Source of the DNA: an uncultured archaeon
GTDB lineage: Archaea > Iainarchaeota > Iainarchaeia > Iainarchaeales > 0-14-0-20-30-16
Length of the DNA: 6,147 nt
NCBI GenBank assembly: GCA_964595665.1
Contig: CAZQQS010000005.1
Location: 34,259-40,405 of the forward strand
Reading direction: 5' to 3'
The notes under the pieces were generated by a model. The model made no database searches. It was not told the DNA's origin and saw only the letters and a program-made list of their open reading frames with translations. Below are positions 1-5,257 of this stretch, one piece after another; positions within the stretch are counted from its first letter, which is position 1; each line of letters opens with the position of its first letter. The translations under genes and the position numbers were made by a program.

Positions 1-2027
1 TATTCTGCTTTATTCTTTTGAGCTTGTTCTCTATGTTCTTTATTACTTATACAATTAGGATTAATACACAAATCAGAATCATTATACACTATAATTGGTG
101 CTTTACAAACTTCACAAGATCTATCTGTAAATTCTATTTTTCCTTTTTGTGGTAAAGGGTAAGTATTCGTACATTTAGGATAACTCGAACAACCTACAAA
201 ATCTTTTCCATTTCTTGAATTTCGTTTTACCAAATAATTTTTACAAATATTACATATCCCTACTTTAGATGCTTCTCTTTTTGTTTCAATAATATTTGTT
301 GCAATTTCTTTTTTATTTTTATACAAATCATCTAAAATTTCTCTTAACATTTGTTTTGAATCTTCTACAACTTTATCTTTAATAATTTTGCCTTCTTCCA
401 TTTCAGTCATTTCATCTTCCAATTTAGCAGTCATATCTGGCGAAACCACGTGCTCAGCATAATCTTTTAAAGATTTAACAACGGTTTTTGCAATTTCACT
501 TGGAACAATTTGTTTTTTGCCCGAAATATAATCTCTGTAATATAATTTTTGTAATATTGATGGCCTTGTCGATTTTGTACCCAAATTTAATTTTTCCATT
601 AATTTAATTAAAGTTCCTTGCGAATATCTTGCCGGTGGTTTAGTTTTTTTTGCCAACAAATCTTTATCTACAATAGGCAAAATTTCATTTAAGATTAACT
701 CAGGCAATAAATTTTCTTTTTGAGTAGCATAAGAATACAAATCAATCCAACCTTTTTCAATAAAAGTTACTCCCTTAGAAGTAAATATTTCTGAATTAGT
801 ATCAAAATCAACATCTATAATTTGTGTTTTTGCATCAATATACAATGTTGCAAAAAAGTGATCTACAATTAATTTGAAAACTTTCCATTCATCTTTAGAA
901 AGTTTATCTTTAGGCGCTAAACTTACTGGGTGTATTGGTGGGTGATCTTTTGTTGAAACTCCTTTTGATGCTTCAATTTTGTCTTGTGCTAAAATCTTTT
1001 TTATAGCATAATCAAAATCTTCACATTTTAAATTTTCTAATATGCCCTTATAACTAATTCCAATATATGTTTGATTATCAGTTCTTGGATAACTTACATA
1101 TCCTCTCATATACAAATTCTCTGCAATCTCCATTGCCTTCATTGCATCCAAATTTATATTTGTTGCTGCTCTTAAAAAATCTGTTGTGTTAAACGGAACT
1201 GGTTTTGAGATTATATTCTCTTTTTTATCAACTCTTACAACTTTTGCTTTATCAGTTATTTTTCCAAAAATAATTTCTGCAGTATTTTTATCTGGAATTC
1301 TGCCTTTTTTATAAGTTGCTAAAATTTTGTCAGAATTTTTTTTAACAGTAATTTCTATTTCCCAATATGGCTCGGAAACAAAAGCATCTATCTCCAATTC
1401 TTTCTCCACAACTTTTGCTAAAGTTGGACTCTGCACTCGCCCAACACTCAAAAAATTTTTACCAGTCATTTTAGTATTTGTACTCATAAATCGAGTTAAT
1501 ATCGCACCCCAATACAAATCAATTTCTCTTCGAGAATCTGCTGCATCAGCCATTTTATTATTTAAATCAATTAAATTAGTAAACGCTTTTGTTAATTCTT
1601 GTTTAGTTATTGCTGAAAAATATGCTCTTTTAATTTCTATATTTGGATTTTTTGACAAAACAATATTTACTGCCTCTCTACCAATAGATTCTCCTTCCCT
1701 ATCAGCATCTGTTGCAACAACTATCTTTTTAGCAAGTATTTTTGACAAAGTTTGTTGTATTAAAGGTTCTGTATTTTTATAATACAATGGATCATCTTGC
1801 AATAATCGTTTTAAATCTATAAACCAATTTTGATATTCTTTTTTAAAATCTACATCTGTTATGTGTCCTTTTAATGGAACCAAAATACATTTTCCCAAAT
1901 AATTATTTTCAAATTCAAAAAAAACAGATTTTGATTCTCTATTTGCAGAGTATTTTGCATCTGATAATATTTGTGCTATGCTCTGACCTGCTATTGGTTT
2001 CTCTGCAATAATTAATGTATCATACAA
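1..2027 (-). CDS. topA: DNA topoisomerase, type IA (archaeal TopA/Topo III-like). The C-terminal end reaches the left window edge.
   Basis: Hand reverse-complement and translation from 2036 down to 3 gives 678 codons with no stop. The ORF track omits it because there is no in-window stop. The type IA motif set is complete: Toprim LIIAEKP and VVATDADREGE, GRVQSPTLAKV, active-site Tyr in GYVSYPRTDN (Tyr codon 1089..1091), DHPPIHP, and KPPARYSQGTLIKLMEKLNLGTKSTRPSIL. There are two C-terminal Cys4 zinc ribbons: CNIC...CSSYPKC (171..254) and CEVC...CINPNC (51..116). The preferred start is TTG 2027..2025, 5 nt downstream of AGGTGA (2038..2033). The alternative is GTG 2036..2034, which overlaps the upstream TGA as GTGA. 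The window ends on TA of the next codon, so the stop may lie just outside. Confidence 0.9.
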   Translation of the reverse strand, partial: MYDTLIIAEKPIAGQSIAQILSDAKYSANRESKSVFFEFENNYLGKCILVPLKGHITDVDFKKEYQNWFIDLKRLLQDDPLYYKNTEPLIQQTLSKILAKKIVVATDADREGESIGREAVNIVLSKNPNIEIKRAYFSAITKQELTKAFTNLIDLNNKMADAADSRREIDLYWGAILTRFMSTNTKMTGKNFLSVGRVQSPTLAKVVEKELEIDAFVSEPYWEIEITVKKNSDKILATYKKGRIPDKNTAEIIFGKITDKAKVVRVDKKENIISKPVPFNTTDFLRAATNINLDAMKAMEIAENLYMRGYVSYPRTDNQTYIGISYKGILENLKCEDFDYAIKKILAQDKIEASKGVSTKDHPPIHPVSLAPKDKLSKDEWKVFKLIVDHFFATLYIDAKTQIIDVDFDTNSEIFTSKGVTFIEKGWIDLYSYATQKENLLPELILNEILPIVDKDLLAKKTKPPARYSQGTLIKLMEKLNLGTKSTRPSILQKLYYRDYISGKKQIVPSEIAKTVVKSLKDYAEHVVSPDMTAKLEDEMTEMEEGKIIKDKVVEDSKQMLREILDDLYKNKKEIATNIIETKREASKVGICNICKNYLVKRNSRNGKDFVGCSSYPKCTNTYPLPQKGKIEFTDRSCEVCKAPIIVYNDSDLCINPNCISNKEHREQAQKNKAE

Positions 2028-2032
2028 AATAT

Positions 2033-2038
2033 TCACCT
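2033..2038 (-). promoter_or_regulatory. Shine-Dalgarno AGGTGA for topA, embedded in the last codons and stop of the Lrp gene
   Basis: The minus strand reads ATAGGTGAATATTTTG. AGGTGA is complementary to the conserved 16S 3' tail (..UCACCU..). The spacer to TTG 2027 is 5 nt. Confidence 0.55.
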
Positions 2039-2512
2039 ATAATAAATTTGCAAACTTGATTTTGGAATTGCATTCTTCTCAAATAATTTTTTATTCACAA
2101 TTAAAATTTTAAAATCTGTAACGTCTATTAATTTAGATATTAATTTATCTAAGACATCAAATTGAGATAAATCTTTTAATAAATATGAAAAATATAAATT
2201 ATAATCACCTATTGTTTTGTAAGCGTTTTTTACAAAATCATTTTCTTGTAACAAGGCAGAATTCTTTTCAATACTAATTTGAGATACTTTCAATAAAATA
2301 AAAGCTTCGCCATCTATCCCCAAAACCTTATAATCTAATTCTAAACTTATCTTCTTAATAATGCCTTTAGAAATTAAATTCTCAAATCTTTTTTTAATTG
2401 CAACATCTGTAACATTCAATTCACGAGCAATCTCACTAAAACTAGCTCTACCGTTTTCCATCAGTTTTGTTAAAATTTTAAAATCGTATTGATCTAAGAC
2501 TTGCATATTCAT
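2033..2512 (-). CDS. Lrp/AsnC-family transcriptional regulator (HTH plus RAM-type ligand domain)
   Basis: This is an ORF-track ORF of 159 aa. It has an N-terminal winged-HTH pattern (LDQYDFKILTKLMENGRASFSEIARELNVTDVAIKKRFENLISKGIIK). A beta-alpha-beta-beta-alpha-beta style C-terminal half follows (LGIDGEAFILLKV...IGDYNLYFSYLLKD...FKILIV), which is typical of the family. GAGGG (2517..2513) directly abuts the first ATG (2512) but lies 6 nt from the second in-frame ATG (2506). The true start is therefore probably 2506 (MQVLDQYDF...). The stop is TGA at 2035..2033. Confidence 0.85.
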   Translation of the reverse strand: MNMQVLDQYDFKILTKLMENGRASFSEIARELNVTDVAIKKRFENLISKGIIKKISLELDYKVLGIDGEAFILLKVSQISIEKNSALLQENDFVKNAYKTIGDYNLYFSYLLKDLSQFDVLDKLISKLIDVTDFKILIVNKKLFEKNAIPKSSLQIYYR

Positions 2513-2517
2513 CCCTC
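2513..2517 (-). promoter_or_regulatory. Shine-Dalgarno GAGGG for the Lrp/AsnC gene
   Basis: The minus strand reads ATATGAGGGATGAATATG. Spacing is 6 nt to the second ATG and 0 nt to the first. Confidence 0.5.
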
Positions 2518-2539
2518 ATATATTTTCTATAAACAAACC

Positions 2540-4093
2540 TTATAAATGCTTGCTAACATAAAAATTATCTCTAAAATACCCTAATTTATAATAATATTCT
2601 CTCACACCTAACCCAGAGATCACACTTATTTTTTTGTATTTGTTTAATGTAGCTATCTCTTCTGCTTTTGCTAAAAGCATTTTTCCAATACCTTGATGTT
2701 GACCCATTATATTAGAAGTTTCATTTACTTTAACTAATTTACCATAAACATGTAATTCTCTTACTAATGCACTATTTTTAATTTCTTTAATAAATGGTTT
2801 GTATGGAAATCTTAACCTTATAAACCCCAATATTTGATCTCTATTTTTAGTTTCATAAGAAATAAAAAATTCTTTTCCTTTACTCGCTTTGTATTCTTCT
2901 ATAAAAATATCATATTCTTTACAATTAGATTTTCTAAAACCCAATTGTCTTGATCTAATTTCTTTTATTTCTATTTTGTTTTTTTCAAAATAACTAAAGA
3001 TCATTTCTTTTACGTTTGATTTCTTAGGACCATCACTAACTTTAGTAATAGGTATATCTCTTTGGACTCTCATAACTCTATTCCAATAAGGAATTTTAGG
3101 ATAAAACTCTTTTAAAAATTCAAATAATTTCTCATCATCATATGTTTGAAATTTGTTTTGTTTCCACATATCAAATAAAATTGTGTTTGGTAAAACTAAA
3201 GCAGGATATATTTTTAACATATCAGGCATATAATCTTCTTTGGTAAACAATTCTGAAAACATTTTTACATCTTTTTTAGGTGTAGAAAATAACCCCGGCA
3301 TAATGTGATATAAAACCTTTAACCCAGAATCTTTTAATAATTGTGTTGCTTTAATTACATCCTTAACTTTGTGACCTCGATTTACTTTTAAATAAATCTT
3401 ATCAGACAATGTTTGCACACCCAATTCAATTCTTGTTGCACCCAAATCTAATAAATTAATGATATCTTTCTCAGAACAAATATCTGGGCGAGTTTCGATA
3501 GTTAAACCAACAGGCCTATAATAACTATTTTCAACATTTAATTTCGCATCATTAAATGTTTTTGATTTTTTATCACTTAAAGTATCATAAATATCTTTTA
3601 CAAATTCTTTTTGATATTTTTTTGGTGTAGAATTAAATGTTCCACCCATAATAATTAATTCTATTTTAGAAACATCATGTCCAATACTTTCTAATTGAGC
3701 AATTCTATTTTTAACTTGTTTTTTAGCATCAAAACTATTTGCTATAGCTCTCATTGTTGCTGGTTCAAAACCAGTATAACTTTGAGGTACATTTTCTTCT
3801 ATTCCGCCAGGACAATAAATACATTTTCCATGAGGACATTTACTTGGTTTAGACATTACAGCCAAAACATTTACCCCTGATAAAACTCGTGCATCTTTAA
3901 CTGTTAAAAAAGGCAACAATATTTCTTTTTCTTTTTTATTTAAGTTTTCTAAAATTTCAGAATTTAATGGTGTTTGTTTTAAATCATATTTTTTTGCCAA
4001 AATCATTTTTGCATTATTTATATCAAATCTATTAGAATCTTTATCTTTAACTTGTAAAACCAACTCTTTAGATAATTTTTTTATTGAGGACAT
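2540..4093 (-). CDS. elp3: Elp3-family radical SAM / GNAT acetyltransferase (archaeal tRNA wobble-uridine modification enzyme homologue)
   Basis: This is an ORF-track ORF of 517 aa. It carries the Elp3-type radical SAM cluster motif CPHGKCIYCPGG (Cys codons within 3812..3838), followed by QSYTGFEPATMRA and ELIIMGGTF. The C-terminal GNAT acetyl-CoA motif QHQGIGKMLLAKAEEIA begins at 2701..2684. Length and motif order match archaeal Elp3. GAGGA (4104..4100) sits 6 nt upstream of the ATG. Confidence 0.93.
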   Translation of the reverse strand: MSSIKKLSKELVLQVKDKDSNRFDINNAKMILAKKYDLKQTPLNSEILENLNKKEKEILLPFLTVKDARVLSGVNVLAVMSKPSKCPHGKCIYCPGGIEENVPQSYTGFEPATMRAIANSFDAKKQVKNRIAQLESIGHDVSKIELIIMGGTFNSTPKKYQKEFVKDIYDTLSDKKSKTFNDAKLNVENSYYRPVGLTIETRPDICSEKDIINLLDLGATRIELGVQTLSDKIYLKVNRGHKVKDVIKATQLLKDSGLKVLYHIMPGLFSTPKKDVKMFSELFTKEDYMPDMLKIYPALVLPNTILFDMWKQNKFQTYDDEKLFEFLKEFYPKIPYWNRVMRVQRDIPITKVSDGPKKSNVKEMIFSYFEKNKIEIKEIRSRQLGFRKSNCKEYDIFIEEYKASKGKEFFISYETKNRDQILGFIRLRFPYKPFIKEIKNSALVRELHVYGKLVKVNETSNIMGQHQGIGKMLLAKAEEIATLNKYKKISVISGLGVREYYYKLGYFRDNFYVSKHL

Positions 4094-4099
4094 ATTTAT

Positions 4100-4104
4100 T
4101 CCTC
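4100..4104 (-). promoter_or_regulatory. Shine-Dalgarno GAGGA for elp3
   Basis: The minus strand reads TAAGAGGAATAAATATG. This is the stop of the upstream gene, then GAGGA, a 6-nt spacer and the ATG. The intergenic gap is only 11 nt. Confidence 0.6.
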
Positions 4105-4845
4105 TTAAGCTAACAAAGATAAGATGTAAGATATACTTGAAAATAAATATAGTGCTGGATTAGTTGCAAAATAAGAGTATTTTGGTAAACTTAAAAAATC
4201 TTTTACATCTGAATTTACAAAAATTGTTTTTTTAATTAATTGTTTTTCTTCAGATATTTTATAAAAAATTACCAAATCTTGTAAACCTGGTTTGTTTGCA
4301 TAGAAAAAAGTTTCAAATTCTTTTTTTTGTTTTGGTTCTAAATCAAAATAAATTGGCTTAAAAATTTCATCTGGATAATTTGAATATACTGTTCCAGAAA
4401 TCTTAATATCTGAATTATTAACAATTAAAACTTTTGCCATTTTATTTTCAAAAATTGTTAAACTATCTTCCATAAAAAACAAAATTTTTAAGTTCTCTTC
4501 AGAATTAAAAACTTTTAAATTATATTCTTTAGGCTCAATTTCTCCAGCAAAGTGATAAGTTAAAAACAATTTACTTTCTCCTAATGAAAGATTTGATAAT
4601 TTGATTATGTAGTATGGGCCTCTAGTTTCTACAGCTGAGCAAGTTAAATTTTCACAATTAACTAAATCTATAAAAAAGTTTTTGCCTTCAAAATTTTTTA
4701 AAAACCCTATTTCAAAATTATTATTTGGATAACTATAAATTATATTCCCATCATAAGATCCGGGTATAACCATATCTAATGCGCTAACGCTAAATATAAA
4801 AAATATGCTTAAAAACATGCCAAAAATAACTCTGTAAAAATTCAT
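4105..4845 (-). CDS. Hypothetical secreted / C-terminally membrane-anchored beta-rich surface protein
   Basis: This is an ORF-track ORF of 246 aa. It has an N-terminal signal-peptide-like segment MNFYRVIFGMFLSIFFIFSVSA|LD (4780..4845) and a C-terminal hydrophobic stretch NPALYLFSSISYILSLLA that runs to the last residue (4108..4161). The middle has alternating hydrophobic/polar beta-strand character. There are three N-x-S/T sequons (NLT, NLS, NNS) and a Cys pair in NCENLTC. I recognise no family. There is no Shine-Dalgarno motif upstream, and the TATA-like box spacing fits a leaderless start. Confidence 0.72.
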   Translation of the reverse strand: MNFYRVIFGMFLSIFFIFSVSALDMVIPGSYDGNIIYSYPNNNFEIGFLKNFEGKNFFIDLVNCENLTCSAVETRGPYYIIKLSNLSLGESKLFLTYHFAGEIEPKEYNLKVFNSEENLKILFFMEDSLTIFENKMAKVLIVNNSDIKISGTVYSNYPDEIFKPIYFDLEPKQKKEFETFFYANKPGLQDLVIFYKISEEKQLIKKTIFVNSDVKDFLSLPKYSYFATNPALYLFSSISYILSLLA

Positions 4846-4866
4846 ATTTATATTAATACTATACTC

Positions 4867-4874
4867 TTTATAAA
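4867..4874. promoter_or_regulatory. Palindromic TATA-like box TTTATAAA in the 64-bp divergent intergenic region; candidate shared or bidirectional archaeal promoter element
   Basis: TTTATAAA is its own reverse complement. Suppose it occupies about -30..-23. The predicted start on the minus strand then falls at about 4844-4845, at the ATG of the 246-aa gene (leaderless). On the plus strand it falls at about 4897, leaving a 13-nt leader that contains the AGGTG. I could not assign a clear BRE on either side. Confidence 0.35.
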
Positions 4875-4899
4875 TATTTGTTAGGGTATATTATATATA

Positions 4900-4904
4900 A
4901 GGTG
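4900..4904 (+). promoter_or_regulatory. Shine-Dalgarno AGGTG for the 115-aa gene
   Basis: The plus strand reads TATAAGGTGTTCGAATG. The spacer to ATG 4910 is 5 nt, similar to the geometry at topA. Confidence 0.55.
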
Positions 4905-4909
4905 TTCGA

Positions 4910-5257
4910 ATGTCTGTTTTAATTTGTAGCTTAAGTAGAGGCAAAGGTAGTTGGGGTCATATTACTAGATTAATAAATGACCACACTTGGGATTCTATAA
5001 CATTAATTACTAATGAATGGTGTAAACAGAACTTCGCTCCTGCAAAAGAAGTTAATTGGATTTTAATAAATCGAAATATGGGTTTTGATTTAATGGTTAA
5101 CACTATTTCTAAAGATTTGCCAGAGGCAAAAGACGTTGTATTAAATTTAATTTCTGGCGATGGCAAAGAACACATGGCTTTATTAAAATCAATAAAAACA
5201 AAATATCCTGATTTCAAATATGGTATTTTAACCAAAGATGGTTTAAAATATTTCTAA
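4910..5257 (+). CDS. Hypothetical small alpha/beta (Rossmann-like) protein, 115 aa, with possible minimal CARF-like motifs
   Basis: It has an ATG start with AGGTG (4900..4904) 5 nt upstream. Composition is balanced and charged, and the hydrophobic strand/helix periodicity is regular (VLICSL - loop SRGKGSW - helix; SITLIT; VNWILIN; VVLNLISGDGKEHMALL; FKYGILT). It is preferred over the antisense ORF 4957..5235, which starts on TTG, lacks an RBS and looks compositionally like a shadow ORF. Confidence 0.65.
   Translation: MSVLICSLSRGKGSWGHITRLINDHTWDSITLITNEWCKQNFAPAKEVNWILINRNMGFDLMVNTISKDLPEAKDVVLNLISGDGKEHMALLKSIKTKYPDFKYGILTKDGLKYF

Noticed and set aside
1327-1782. 151-aa plus-strand ORF from the track (TTG start)
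   Set aside because: It lies entirely antisense to the motif-rich topoisomerase IA frame. It sits in the antisense register where third codon positions coincide. It has low-complexity hydrophobic/Ser composition, no RBS and no recognisable motif. I treat it as a shadow ORF.
2526-2533. TATA-like TTTATAGA (minus strand) in the 27-nt Elp3-Lrp spacer as an internal promoter
   Set aside because: The predicted start, near 2503, would fall at or after the candidate ATGs and would exclude the GAGGG motif. In DNA this AT-rich a TATA-like octamer is not informative on its own. I left it uncalled.
3695-3880. 61-aa plus-strand ORF from the track
   Set aside because: It is antisense to the most conserved part of Elp3, the radical SAM cluster region. 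It is short, Cys/Phe/Ser-rich and shows no translation signals.
1-4093. Intein or other large insertion in TopA or Elp3
   Set aside because: Motif order and spacing are contiguous, and the lengths (at least 678 aa and 517 aa) are family-typical. I saw no Cys/Ser...HN splice-junction blocks interrupting conserved motifs.
4321-4328. Homopolymer A/T runs of 8 (also 644..651 and 1336..1343) as possible frameshift or phase-variation sites
   Set aside because: All three lie in intact reading frames that continue with conserved or coherent sequence on both sides. Runs of this length are expected at this base composition.
4957-5235. 92-aa minus-strand ORF from the track
   Set aside because: It is nested antisense inside 4910..5257. 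It starts on TTG without an RBS, whereas the plus-strand ORF has an ATG with AGGTG and a regular alpha/beta pattern. Again the third codon positions coincide, which is typical of shadow ORFs.
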